From: Alphaproteobacteria bacterium 32-64-14
GTDB lineage: Bacteria > Pseudomonadota > Alphaproteobacteria > Caulobacterales > Hyphomonadaceae
Length of the DNA stretch: 64,000 nt
Direction: 5' to 3'
Assembly: GCA_002280725.1 (NCBI GenBank)
Contig: NCEM01000008.1
Location: forward strand, 28,053 to 92,052
The notes beneath the pieces were generated by a model. That model saw only the letters and a list, made by a program, of their open reading frames with translations, was not told where the DNA came from and did no database searches. Positions 9,498-19,353 of the stretch are shown in pieces (position 1 is the first letter of the stretch; the number at the start of each line of letters is the position of its first letter). Position numbers and translations under genes: made by a program.

Positions 9498-11261
9498 ATG
9501 CCCTACAACGCTCCCATATCCCAGATCGCCCACACGCTCTCCCGCATTGCGCGGCTGGATGAGCTTGCTGCAACGGGGGCTTTTCCCAATTTCGATGCAG
9601 ATCTCGTCGCCCCCATCCTGGACGAAGCGAACAAGCTGGCGCGCGACGTGCTCGCGCCGCTCAACCCCATCGGCCACAAGACCGGCGCGAAGCTGACCGA
9701 TGCCGGTGTCGTCGCCGCGCCCGGTCTGTCCGACGCCTATCGTCAGTTCGTCGAAGGCGCCTGGATGAGCCTCGCCTTCCCGGAAGCCTTCGGCGGACAG
9801 GGGCTGCCCAAGCCGCTGGCGCTGGCCGTATTCGAGATGATCCACGGCGCCAACATGGCGTTCGGCCTCTGCCCGCTTCTCTCGTTCGGCGCCATCGAGG
9901 CCCTGCTCGCCCACGGCTCGCCGGAGCTGCAGCAAACCTATCTGCCCAAGCTGATCTCGGGTGAGTGGACCGGCGCAATGAACCTCACCGAGCCGCAGGC
10001 CGGATCGGATGTCGGCGCGCTGACCACCAAAGCCGTGCCGAATGGCGACGGCTCGTACGCCATCACCGGCCAGAAGATCTTCATCACGTGGGGCGACCAC
10101 GACATGACGCCGAACATCATCCAGCTGGTGCTCGCGCGCCTGCCGGATGCGCCGCCGGGCTCCAAGGGCATTTCACTGTTCGTCGCACCGAAATTCTTTG
10201 TGAACGCGGACGGCTCGCTGGGCGAGCGCAACACGTTCAAATGCATCGGCCTCGAGCACAAGATGGGCATCCACGCCTCGCCCACCTGCGTCATGGAATA
10301 CACCAACGCGAAAGGCTGGCTTGTCGGCGAAGCCAACAAGGGCCTCGCCGCCATGTTCACGATGATGAACTCCGCCCGCCTGAATGTAGGCCTCGAAGGC
10401 GTCGCTGTCGGCGAAGCCGCGCTGCAGGCGGGCATCGCCTACGCGCAGGAGCGCAAGCAGGGCTCCGTGCCTGGCGAGAAGGGCTCAGTCGCCATCATCC
10501 GCCACCCGGATGTGCAACGCATGCTGGCCACCATGGCCGCCAATGTGCAGGCCGCGCGCGCCATCTGCTACGCCTGCGGCGCCGCCGCCGATCTTGCCGA
10601 ACATCATCCCGACGAAGCCACGCGCAAGGCCGCCAAGGCGCGCGAGGACCTGCTGACGCCGCTCGCGAAAGCCTGGTCGACGGACCGCGCCATCGACGTC
10701 ACCAATTCCGGCGTGCAGATCCATGGCGGCATGGGTTTCATGGGCGAAACCGCCGCCGCACAATTCTATCTCGACGCCCGCATCACGCCGATCTACGAAG
10801 GCACTAACGGCATCCAGTCGATCGACCTCGTCGGCCGCAAGCTCTCGATGGATGGCGGCGCCGCGATGCGCGCCCTGCTGGACGATGTGCGCACCACGGC
10901 GCGCGACGCGCGCGACACCAACCAGCCGCAGCTGGTCGCCATCGCCGATCATCTCGAAACCGCCGCCGGCGCACTTGAGTCCGCCACGGTGTGGATGATC
11001 GCGACGATGGGCTCGGCGCGCGACGTCGCATTGTCCGGCGCCACAAACTATCTGCGTCTCGCCGGCGATGTGGTCGGCGGCTGCCTGCTCACCCGCGCCG
11101 CCCTGAGCGAGATCGGCGCCGCCGGCCAAGATGCGGACAAGTCCGTTGCCCTCGCCGCGTACTTTGCGGAAGATACGCTCGCGCGCGCGCCAGCCGCCGT
11201 CGCCAGCATCACGCGAGCCTCGCAAGCGCTGCAAGACCTCGGCGCCCAACTCTGGGCTTAG
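9498..11261 (+). CDS. Long-form acyl-CoA dehydrogenase family protein
   Basis: 587 aa with an ACAD middle and C-terminal pattern (TEPQAGSDVGALTTKA, GQKIFITWGDHD, IHGGMGFMGETAAAQFYLDARITPIYEGTNGIQ) plus an extra C-terminal domain. Confidence 0.85.
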   Translation: MPYNAPISQIAHTLSRIARLDELAATGAFPNFDADLVAPILDEANKLARDVLAPLNPIGHKTGAKLTDAGVVAAPGLSDAYRQFVEGAWMSLAFPEAFGGQGLPKPLALAVFEMIHGANMAFGLCPLLSFGAIEALLAHGSPELQQTYLPKLISGEWTGAMNLTEPQAGSDVGALTTKAVPNGDGSYAITGQKIFITWGDHDMTPNIIQLVLARLPDAPPGSKGISLFVAPKFFVNADGSLGERNTFKCIGLEHKMGIHASPTCVMEYTNAKGWLVGEANKGLAAMFTMMNSARLNVGLEGVAVGEAALQAGIAYAQERKQGSVPGEKGSVAIIRHPDVQRMLATMAANVQAARAICYACGAAADLAEHHPDEATRKAAKAREDLLTPLAKAWSTDRAIDVTNSGVQIHGGMGFMGETAAAQFYLDARITPIYEGTNGIQSIDLVGRKLSMDGGAAMRALLDDVRTTARDARDTNQPQLVAIADHLETAAGALESATVWMIATMGSARDVALSGATNYLRLAGDVVGGCLLTRAALSEIGAAGQDADKSVALAAYFAEDTLARAPAAVASITRASQALQDLGAQLWA

Positions 11262-11272
11262 CTGGTCTGGAG

Positions 11273-12751
11273 CTAGCTGGCGGAAGCTTCAGCCGAACGC
11301 TTTGGCGCGGTCGCCAACGCAACCATCACGTAGGCCGCCAGCGCTCCCACCACCGAAAACACGAACCCGCCTTCCCAGCCGAAGAACAGCATCGGCATGT
11401 TGGTCTGCGTGTCCTCGTTGACGAGCGGCGCCATCAGGACGCCGACATGTCCGTCGCCGACGAAGCTCAGGAGCGAACCAACGATCAGCGCGGACACCGC
11501 CGCGCGCTCGTCGCCGAACTTCGTGTGCAGGCCAAACAGCAGCGCCACCACGATACCTGCAGACCCGAATGAGGAAGCGAGGTCGACCAGCCCCTTGATC
11601 GTCTCGCCCGACGCCGCAATGAAGAGCGCGACCAGGCCAGCTGTCGCCGTCATCGCGCGGCCGACGCGCACCTTGGCCTTCTCGGACAGGTTCGGGAAAG
11701 AAGGCTCGACGAGATTGCGCGTCGTCAACGCCGAAACGGCCAACAGCGTCGTATCCACAGTGGAGAGGATGGCCGACACCAGCGCCCCCATCAGGATCAC
11801 ATACATGGCCGGATGGAGATACTGCTCTGCCAGCTCAGGCAGGAATGCATCCTGGCCCGAAGGCACGAAGCCGGCAGCCGCGCCAACCAGGCCAATGACG
11901 ACCGGCACCATGCCCACGGCAAGGTAGAGACCGGCCGCAATGTAGCAGCCCTTCCGCGCAGCCGAGGCAGAGGTTGCGCCGAGGAAGCGGGCGATCGCCT
12001 CCTGCGCCACCAGCGATCCCACGATCGGGATCATCCATCTGTTGAGCGTGGAGAGGAAGCTCTCCGGTTCACCCGCCTCGTTGAAGCCCGAGAAGGAGAG
12101 TTGTTCGGGCCTGATGCTTGAAAGCGAGAACCCGTCCGTCATCAGAACCACGATCAGCAGGACCGCAAGGCCAACGATCAGGATGGAGCCCTGCACGATA
12201 TCCGTGATGACATCGCCCAGCAGGCCGCCCACGGTCGTGTAGACGATGATCACCGCCGCGCCGATGAGCAGCCCCACCGTCAGGTCAAGCCCTGTCACCG
12301 CCGCCACGATCTCGCCCATCGCAAGCAGTTGCGCAGACGCCCAGATCACCGATGTCGGTATGCTGAGGACTGCCGCCATCCAGTTGGCCGTCGGGCCGAA
12401 GCGCTGGCGGAAGAAGTCCACGAAAGTGATGACGCCCGCCTCGCGCATCTTGAACGCGAGGAATGTCGCCATGCCCAACAGCGCCAGCGTGTACCCGAAC
12501 GGGTCGGCGCTGCCGCCCGCCAGCCCCTCCTGCGCCACCGCCCCGGATGCGCCCATGACAGACTCAGCGCCAAACCAGGTCGCGAACACGGACATGGCCA
12601 CGGCATAGACACCCAGCCTCCTGCCCGCGACGAAGTAGTCCGCCTCCACCTTGATGAAGCGCGACGCCATGTAGGCGATGGCGAATTGCAGGAACAGGTA
12701 GCCGACCAGCGTAATCGCGAGCCAGTTGTTCAAGTCACGCCTCCCCGGCAT
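11273..12751 (-). CDS. Sodium:solute symporter family (SSF) transporter
   Basis: 492 aa and polytopic, with an SSF N-terminal pattern (DYFVAGRRLGVYAVAMSVFATWFGAESVMGASG). An alternative TTG start at 12733 has a better RBS (GGGGAGG). Confidence 0.85.
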   Translation of the reverse strand: MPGRRDLNNWLAITLVGYLFLQFAIAYMASRFIKVEADYFVAGRRLGVYAVAMSVFATWFGAESVMGASGAVAQEGLAGGSADPFGYTLALLGMATFLAFKMREAGVITFVDFFRQRFGPTANWMAAVLSIPTSVIWASAQLLAMGEIVAAVTGLDLTVGLLIGAAVIIVYTTVGGLLGDVITDIVQGSILIVGLAVLLIVVLMTDGFSLSSIRPEQLSFSGFNEAGEPESFLSTLNRWMIPIVGSLVAQEAIARFLGATSASAARKGCYIAAGLYLAVGMVPVVIGLVGAAAGFVPSGQDAFLPELAEQYLHPAMYVILMGALVSAILSTVDTTLLAVSALTTRNLVEPSFPNLSEKAKVRVGRAMTATAGLVALFIAASGETIKGLVDLASSFGSAGIVVALLFGLHTKFGDERAAVSALIVGSLLSFVGDGHVGVLMAPLVNEDTQTNMPMLFFGWEGGFVFSVVGALAAYVMVALATAPKRSAEASAS

Positions 12752-12867
12752 CCGGCCCCGTCCGGGGCTCCCCGTTGGACCAGTCTTAGATCAGCTTGCT
12801 GCCGGGTAGAAGTGAGGGCGCAGCCGCTTTCGCAGGGCGTGCACGCGGCGGCGCTGGAACAGACGCC

Positions 12868-13878
12868 CTACCGGTGCCGCCGCCCCTCGGCGTCGAACAC
12901 CAGCACCTTGCCACGATCCACAAAGAGATTGAGCACAGCCCCCGGCGGCGGCGGCTCGGCCGCGATCAGCGGCGACAGCCACGTCTCGCGCGCAAAGCCC
13001 ACCCGCTTGTAGGTCCGGTCCGCGATCTGCTGCTCGCCAATCGCCCGCACGACAAAGCGGACGCAGCCCGGCGTCTCGCGCGCCATGGTGGAATCATCCG
13101 GCCGGAACGCCAGCACACACGGCCCCGAGGCTGGCAGGCTCACGCCCTGCGGCGGCGTCAGGCTCGTGCCATCGGCCAGCCGCCCGCGGCCATCCTTCAT
13201 CGTCATCGCCAGCGTGTTGAGCGATGGCCACGCCGTCGTCTGTGCTGACGCGAAGTTGGCCGGGCTCGCAAACACGCCGGCGACCGGCCCCGCCTGCTGC
13301 ACATGCCCGCCCGACAGCACGACCGTATCCCCGCCCAGACCCAGCGCCTCGTCCGCCCCGCCGGCGGCAAGCACAACCACTGCGCCGCACTCAGCCACCA
13401 TCTGCGCAAGGTCCGGCACGAACTGCGCGCGCTGGTCCGCCGGAAGGCCGCTGGCCGGCGCATCGAGCAACAGCAGCGCCGGCTTCTCCAGCCGCGCCTT
13501 CGCAATCGCCAACCTCACCCGCTCCCCGGCATCGAGCGCGCTCACCACAGCCGAAAGCTTCCCCGAAAGCCCCACGCGGGCCGCCACACCCGCATCAATG
13601 ATCTTGCCGACCTTCTGGCCTGACTTAGCGGCGCCCGCAGACCCGACCCTGACAATGCGCAGCTTGGCCCGCTTGGCCTGCCCGATGTCGCGGCCATTTA
13701 GCCGGATTTCCCCGCCCTGCAGCCGCTCCGCGCCTGCGAGCAGCTTCAGCATGATGTCTCGCGTCGCTGGTGACAGGCCGAGCAGGCTGGTGGGTGTTTC
13801 GCGCGCGCAGGCGAAATCCACGCCTGAAAGCAGGGGCTCCCGGCCTGCTGCGCGCAATGCCTGCTTCAGTTCCAGCAT
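12868..13878 (-). CDS. MalK/UgpC-architecture ABC ATPase homologue with degenerate catalytic motifs (NBD plus TOBE-like C-terminal domain)
   Basis: From MLELKQALRAAGREPLLSGVDF the order of an ABC NBD is kept, but every motif is degraded:
- Walker A reads GLSPATRDIM instead of GxxGxGKS/T.
- The signature reads LDAGE instead of LSGGQ.
- Walker B reads LLLLDAPASGL instead of hhhhDEP.
- There is no H-loop His.
The C-terminus resembles a MalK regulatory domain. Same strand as the symporter and 116 nt upstream of it. Confidence 0.65.
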   Translation of the reverse strand: MLELKQALRAAGREPLLSGVDFACARETPTSLLGLSPATRDIMLKLLAGAERLQGGEIRLNGRDIGQAKRAKLRIVRVGSAGAAKSGQKVGKIIDAGVAARVGLSGKLSAVVSALDAGERVRLAIAKARLEKPALLLLDAPASGLPADQRAQFVPDLAQMVAECGAVVVLAAGGADEALGLGGDTVVLSGGHVQQAGPVAGVFASPANFASAQTTAWPSLNTLAMTMKDGRGRLADGTSLTPPQGVSLPASGPCVLAFRPDDSTMARETPGCVRFVVRAIGEQQIADRTYKRVGFARETWLSPLIAAEPPPPGAVLNLFVDRGKVLVFDAEGRRHR

Positions 13879-14178
13879 GCGGCGGCCCGGCCTGAACTGA
13901 GGTTTACCATCTGAACGCCCGCGGGACACTGCAGGCCAATACGACGGCCTGAACGGAATTATCTCGCCCCGGGAGAGTCCGTCAAACGCCGGGCACAAAA
14001 TGGTCCAAGATCGCCTGTAAACGCTGCAATATCGATCTTGCGACACCCTGTTACCACTCTGAAATCTCCGTGAGACAGGGACGGATTAGCAAGCGGTTGC
14101 CATTTAACTTGGCGTATGAAGACGGCAACGGCGGCGTCCCGCCCGGCATGCCCAAGGCGGACGAACGGAAGGCTAGAG

Positions 14179-15855
14179 ATGAACAAGAAAATTCTGATCG
14201 GGATCGCAGGGACCGCCATCGTCGCGATCGGCGCAGCCGCCATCATGTTCGGCGGCGGCGCCAGCGCGGCGACGGGCAAGTACACGTACGAGACCGTCAC
14301 CGTCGACAAGGGCGATGTCTCCCGCGTCGTCTCCGCCTCGGGCGCCGTGCAGCCGCGCGAGAAGATCGAGGTCGGCTCGGAAGTCTCCGGCAAGATCACG
14401 GCGATCTATGTCGACTTCAACGACCCGGTGAAGCGCGACCAGATCCTCGCGCAGGTCGATCCCGAAACTTTCCGGAACGCGCTCGAGCAGGCGCAGGCCC
14501 GGCAAAAACAGGCGCAGGCGGCGGTCGACAACGGCCGCGCCTCCATCAACCGCGCCAAGGTCGCGCTCGATGTCGCCGAGAAAGCCTACAACCGCCAGAA
14601 GCTGCTGTTCAACGAGCAAGCCATTTCGCAGCAAGCCTGGGAACAGGCCGAGCAGACCTTCATCAATGCCCAGCTTTCGCTTGAGACCGAACAAGTGTCG
14701 CTGAAGTCCGCGCTCGCGGGCCTCGATACCGCCCGCGCCAGCGTGCAGGACGCGATGACCAAGCTTGAGCGCACCAAGATCCGCTCGCCGATCGATGGCG
14801 TCATCCTCGGCCGCGATGTCGAAGTGGGCCAGACGGTCCAATCCTCGCAGACGGTCGCGAAATTCTTCACGGTCGCAGCCGACCTCTCGCAGATCGAGAT
14901 CGAGGCAGCCGTGTTCGAATCCGACATCGGCGGCATCGACACGGGCGACTCAGTCGTCTTCACGGTCGACGCTTTCGCCGGCGAACGCTTCCAGGGTTCG
15001 GTGGTGCAGGTGCGCCAACTCGGCGTCGAGCAAGCCAACGTCGTGATGTATACGGTGGTGGTCAACGCACGTAATCCGAACGGCAAGCTCCTGCCCGGCA
15101 TGACGGCGAACGTGGAGATCACGGCGGATCGCGTTGCAGACACACTCCGGGTGGACTTCGATGCGACGCGCTTCCAGCCGCCCAAGGACATCATGGACGC
15201 CATGCGCGAAGAGATGGAGCGCTCGGGTCAAGGCGGTGGACAGGGTGGCGGACAAGGCGGCGCTCCCGGCGCCGGACATGGCGCGCCCGCAGGCGCAGGC
15301 GGCGCGCAGACCGTGGCCTTTGAAGGCGGCGGCAATCGCGGCGGTGGCGGCGGACCGGGTGGCCCCGGCGGCGGCATGCAGACGCAGATGCTGGAGATTC
15401 TGAAGACAGCAGGCGTCGAGGATGCGCGCGCGCAGAAGATCATGACCGAGATGCAGGCCGAGATTCAGAAGGTCATGGCGTCGATGGCCCCGGCCGCAGC
15501 ACAGCCTTCCGCCGGGCAGATCCTCGGCGGCGGCGGCTTCGGCCCGCCTCCCAGCATCGTGCAGCAGCAACAGCGCCAGGAACGCATGACCAAGATGCAG
15601 CAGACGCAGGAAAGCGTGCTCCGCCGCAACCTCAACGAGGAAGAATACGCCGTCGTCGCCAAGGCGCGCACGGAGATGCAGTCGCAGAAGCGCGTCACCG
15701 TCTACAAGGTCAACGACGAGGGTGAGCTTGAGCGCCACCAGCTCATCATCGGCCTGAGCGACGGCGAGAACGCGCAGATCATCCGCGGCGCCGAAGCCGG
15801 CGACACGTTCGTTGTCCGCGCAACGGCTGCGGATGCCGCGAAGCCCAAGTCGTGA
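14179..15855 (+). CDS. MacA-type (HlyD family) periplasmic adaptor with a large Gly/Gln-rich insertion
   Basis: ATG 14179 (MNKKILIGIAGTAIVAIGAAAIMF) follows GGAAGG. Lipoyl, hairpin and barrel regions are recognisable (EVSGKITAIYVDFNDPVKRDQILAQVDP ... TKIRSPIDGVILGRDVEVGQTV). First gene of the ABC efflux operon. Confidence 0.85.
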   Translation: MNKKILIGIAGTAIVAIGAAAIMFGGGASAATGKYTYETVTVDKGDVSRVVSASGAVQPREKIEVGSEVSGKITAIYVDFNDPVKRDQILAQVDPETFRNALEQAQARQKQAQAAVDNGRASINRAKVALDVAEKAYNRQKLLFNEQAISQQAWEQAEQTFINAQLSLETEQVSLKSALAGLDTARASVQDAMTKLERTKIRSPIDGVILGRDVEVGQTVQSSQTVAKFFTVAADLSQIEIEAAVFESDIGGIDTGDSVVFTVDAFAGERFQGSVVQVRQLGVEQANVVMYTVVVNARNPNGKLLPGMTANVEITADRVADTLRVDFDATRFQPPKDIMDAMREEMERSGQGGGQGGGQGGAPGAGHGAPAGAGGAQTVAFEGGGNRGGGGGPGGPGGGMQTQMLEILKTAGVEDARAQKIMTEMQAEIQKVMASMAPAAAQPSAGQILGGGGFGPPPSIVQQQQRQERMTKMQQTQESVLRRNLNEEEYAVVAKARTEMQSQKRVTVYKVNDEGELERHQLIIGLSDGENAQIIRGAEAGDTFVVRATAADAAKPKS

Positions 15856-15868
15856 TCGGGCCCCGGTC

Positions 15869-16588
15869 ATGACCACCACACAGGCGATCATCTCCTGCCG
15901 CAACCTCACCAAGGTTTACCGGATGGGAGACCAGGAGGTCCGCGCGCTCGACGGCGTCGATCTCGACATTCACGAGGGCGAGTTCGTCGCGATCATGGGC
16001 CCGTCGGGTTCGGGCAAGTCATCGCTGATGAACCTCATCGGCGCACTTGATCGCCCAACGTCAGGCGAGATGTGGATCAACGGCCGCGCCCTCTCTGAAA
16101 TGTCGCGCGATGAACTGGCCGATCTCCGTAACGAGACGCTCGGCTTCGTCTTCCAGCAGTTCAACCTGCTGGCCCGCCAGGACGCTTTCCAGAACGTCCG
16201 CCTCCCTCTTCGCTATGCCCGCAAGGACATTGGCGACATGGATGCGCGCGCGAAGGAATGCCTCGAACTCGTCGGGCTGGGCACGCGCATGGACCACCGC
16301 CCCATGCAGCTCTCCGGCGGCCAGCAGCAGCGTGTGGCGATTGCACGCGCCCTGTCGAATCGCCCGCGCATCCTGCTCGCGGACGAGCCGACCGGCGCGC
16401 TCGATTCGAAGACCACGGTTGAAATCATGCACCTGATGCAGGACCTCAACCGCCAGGGCATTACCGTTGTCGTGATCACGCACGAGAACGAAGTCGCCGA
16501 ATACGCCAGGCGCCAGATACATTTTCGCGACGGCAAGATTGAAACCGATAGCGCGCATCCCGAACTAAAGCGCGCGAGTGGAGGCTAG
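15869..16588 (+). CDS. ABC transporter ATP-binding protein (MacB/LolD type)
   Basis: Walker A GPSGSGKSS, signature LSGGQQQRVAIARAL, Walker B ILLADEPTGALD. The start MTTTQAIISCRNLTKVY is at 15869. Confidence 0.9.
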   Translation: MTTTQAIISCRNLTKVYRMGDQEVRALDGVDLDIHEGEFVAIMGPSGSGKSSLMNLIGALDRPTSGEMWINGRALSEMSRDELADLRNETLGFVFQQFNLLARQDAFQNVRLPLRYARKDIGDMDARAKECLELVGLGTRMDHRPMQLSGGQQQRVAIARALSNRPRILLADEPTGALDSKTTVEIMHLMQDLNRQGITVVVITHENEVAEYARRQIHFRDGKIETDSAHPELKRASGG

Positions 16589-16592
16589 AACA

Positions 16593-17831
16593 ATGAAAGT
16601 CGGCCTTGCCGCCACCTCCGCTGCGGAGGCGCTGTTCTCCAACCCGCTGCGCAGCCTGTTGACCATGCTGGGCATCATCATCGGCGTCGCGTCGGTGATG
16701 GTCATGATGTCCATCGGCGAGGGCGCCAAGGCCCAGATCGAGGCCCAGATTTCCAGCGTCGGCACCAACGTCCTCAACCTTCAGCCCGGCAGCATGAACC
16801 GCGGCGGCCGCAATCACGGCGGCGGCTCGGCCCGCCCCTTCAACGAGGCGGACATCTCGGCAATCGGCCAACTCTCCTTCGTGGAAGAGGTCACCGGCAC
16901 ACTTTCGGGACAGGCGAACGCCGTCTCCGAAGAGACGAACTGGACCACAACCATACAGGGCGGCACGTCTTCCTTCTTCTCGGTCAACAACTGGCCGGCG
17001 GTCGAAGGCCGCATATTCACCGAACAGGAAGTCCAGGGTGGCGCAGCAGTCGCCTTGTTGGGGAAAACGGCGGCCACGAACCTCTTCCCGCGTGGCGATG
17101 CGCTGGGCCAGCGCATCCGGGTCAACGGCGTCCCGATCGAAATCATCGGCATTCTGGAGACCAAGGGCCAAAGCGGCGGGGGCGGCATGGGCCGCGACCG
17201 CGACGACATCATCGTCGCCCCGCTCAGCATGGTCCGAAACCGCGTAACTGGCGGAAACCGTTGGGTTTCTCGCCACGTCTCCAACATCCAGGTGCTGGTC
17301 CAGGACGGCTACGATGTCATCGAAGCGCAGGATGAACTCGCTACAATCATGCGTGAAAGACGCAGAGTTGAGCCCGGCGCGCAGGATAATTTCAGCGTTA
17401 TTAACTTCGCCGACATGATAAAGCAGCGAGCCGCCGTCGCCGAGAATATGAGCATGCTTCTTGCATTTACGGCCGCGGTATCGCTGATCGTCGGCGGGGT
17501 TGGTGTGATGAACATCATGCTTGTTTCGGTTACGGAACGGACCCGCGAGATCGGTTTGCGCATGGCCGTGGGCGCGCGAGGCGGCGATATTCTTCTTCAG
17601 TTCCTCGTCGAAGCCGTCGTCCTCTGCACATTGGGCGGTCTCATCGGCATGGCGATAGGATGGGTCGGCGTCTACGCATACGCGCAGATCGCGGCCGCAC
17701 CGATGCTCGTCTCCCCGATCATCATCGCAACTGCGTTGGGGGCGGCGGCCTCCGTCGGTCTGATATTCGGCTTCTTCCCTGCCCGCCGTGCAGCTCAACT
17801 CGATCCAATCCAGGCGCTCAGATATGATTAA
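16593..17831 (+). CDS. MacB/FtsX-type ABC transporter permease
   Basis: N-terminal TM helix plus periplasmic MacB_PCD-like region, and a C-terminal FtsX domain (MNIMLVSVTERTREIGLRMAVGARGGDILLQFLVEAV). GGAGG precedes ATG 16593. Confidence 0.9.
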   Translation: MKVGLAATSAAEALFSNPLRSLLTMLGIIIGVASVMVMMSIGEGAKAQIEAQISSVGTNVLNLQPGSMNRGGRNHGGGSARPFNEADISAIGQLSFVEEVTGTLSGQANAVSEETNWTTTIQGGTSSFFSVNNWPAVEGRIFTEQEVQGGAAVALLGKTAATNLFPRGDALGQRIRVNGVPIEIIGILETKGQSGGGGMGRDRDDIIVAPLSMVRNRVTGGNRWVSRHVSNIQVLVQDGYDVIEAQDELATIMRERRRVEPGAQDNFSVINFADMIKQRAAVAENMSMLLAFTAAVSLIVGGVGVMNIMLVSVTERTREIGLRMAVGARGGDILLQFLVEAVVLCTLGGLIGMAIGWVGVYAYAQIAAAPMLVSPIIIATALGAAASVGLIFGFFPARRAAQLDPIQALRYD

Positions 17832-19326
17832 TAACAAAATGACCCGCGGCGTCTCCGCGGGCGCTCTCGCGGCCGTCCTCTCCGCTTGCGGCCACCTCCC
17901 CATCGCAGAACCAGCCTTCGAAGCCATGGCGGACAAGCGCGCTGGCCTTCCCAGCGACTGGACCATCGGGCAGATGACAGGCGACACCACGGCCATCGTC
18001 GCCGACTACAGCGTGTTCCAGGACGCGCAGCTGATCGCCTACGTGCAGGAAGCGCTCGAGAACAACCGCACCCTGCGCGCCGCCATTGAAAGCGTGCGCC
18101 AGTCGGAAGCGGCGCTGCAGTCCACGCGGTCAGGGCTATGGCCATCGCTAGGCGCTTCGCTCGGCGTCAATGCGACTCAGGTCGATGGCGTTACCGGGGA
18201 TCTTGCCGCAAGTCCCCCGATCTTTCCGCGGGCTGCATCCTCGTTCTCGGATGAACGCTATTCCTTTCGGCTTACGGGCGCCTACAATCTCGATATTATG
18301 GGTAGCCTCTCCGCCTCAATCCAAGCATCAGCGGCCGGGTTACGTTCCAGCGAAGCCGTGTACGAGCAGGCTCGCCGCCAGATCGCAGCCCAAGTCGCGC
18401 GCTCCTACTTCGCAGTGATTGAACAGCGGCTGCAACTCGACCTTGATCGTCAGTCGCTCGACCGCCAGCGCCAGACCTTCCGAATTACGCAGACACGCTT
18501 CGACGCCGGCTCCATCGCACGCGATGAACTGGTGCTCGGCGAGTCACGTCTCGCGATAGCCGAAGACTCGATCCTCGCGACCGAAGCATCGCTGCGCGCC
18601 GCCGTGCGTGCACTGGAAACGTCCCTTGGACGCTTCCCGCAGAACAAGCTGTCGATCCAAGGCGCCCTGCCCGAGCCGCCAGCGACCCCGCCACTTGGCT
18701 TGCCGGAACTCACGGTCCGTTCGCGGCCAGATGTTGTGGCAGCGGAGTTGAACATGATTCAAACGTTTGCCAACACACGTATTCAAGAACTCGCGCCGTG
18801 GCCTCAACTCACGGCCAATGTGGGCGTTTCTCTACAAAACAGCGGGCTTTCTACTGACAATCTTTTCAGTTTGGATGGCCTCGCCTACACGATTGGGGCC
18901 TCCCTGGCGCAAACCATTTTTGATGGCGGCGCTATAGACGCCCGCATCAAGATCGCCAATTCGCAGGAGCGCGCAGCGCTTGAGCGCTATGGCCAGACTG
19001 TTATCAACGCCTACTCCGAGATCGTCGGAGCCATAGACCAGTTCGAAACGCTCGGATCGCGCAATGTCGCACTCCAGAAAGCGTCGGATGCGGCGCAGGA
19101 GGTTCTCCGCCTCGGCGAGCTAAAATACCAGGAAGGCTCTGAGAGTTTGCTGAATCTCTTTACAGTCCGCGACAGCGCCGAAGCTGCCCAAGCGAACCTC
19201 ATCGCCAACCGCCGCGCGCGCCTCGATCAGTGGATCGTGCTGCACACGGCGCTGGGCGGTGATCCGACGCGCGCAACGTCGCTGGCGACAGCGGCCAACA
19301 CGGCTGACGGCGCCAAGACGCAATAG
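17824..19326 (+). CDS. Outer-membrane efflux lipoprotein (NodT/OMF family)
   Basis: Lipobox LSAC. Two OEP repeats carry typical coiled-coil text (ALENNRTLRAAIESVRQSEAALQSTRSGLWPSLG ...). The start overlaps the permease stop (ATGATTAA). Confidence 0.85.
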   Translation: MINNKMTRGVSAGALAAVLSACGHLPIAEPAFEAMADKRAGLPSDWTIGQMTGDTTAIVADYSVFQDAQLIAYVQEALENNRTLRAAIESVRQSEAALQSTRSGLWPSLGASLGVNATQVDGVTGDLAASPPIFPRAASSFSDERYSFRLTGAYNLDIMGSLSASIQASAAGLRSSEAVYEQARRQIAAQVARSYFAVIEQRLQLDLDRQSLDRQRQTFRITQTRFDAGSIARDELVLGESRLAIAEDSILATEASLRAAVRALETSLGRFPQNKLSIQGALPEPPATPPLGLPELTVRSRPDVVAAELNMIQTFANTRIQELAPWPQLTANVGVSLQNSGLSTDNLFSLDGLAYTIGASLAQTIFDGGAIDARIKIANSQERAALERYGQTVINAYSEIVGAIDQFETLGSRNVALQKASDAAQEVLRLGELKYQEGSESLLNLFTVRDSAEAAQANLIANRRARLDQWIVLHTALGGDPTRATSLATAANTADGAKTQ

Positions 19327-19353
19327 GCCAACCACGCAATATCCTTCCAATAC

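Noticed and set aside
15225-15375. GGC/GGT-rich tandem-looking DNA (GGCGGTGGACAGGGTGGCGGACAAGGCGGC...), considered as a possible tandem repeat or CRISPR-like array.
   Set aside because: It is in frame inside the adaptor gene and encodes (GQGG)n/poly-Gly low complexity. There is no repeat-spacer periodicity. It is treated as part of the coding insertion finding.
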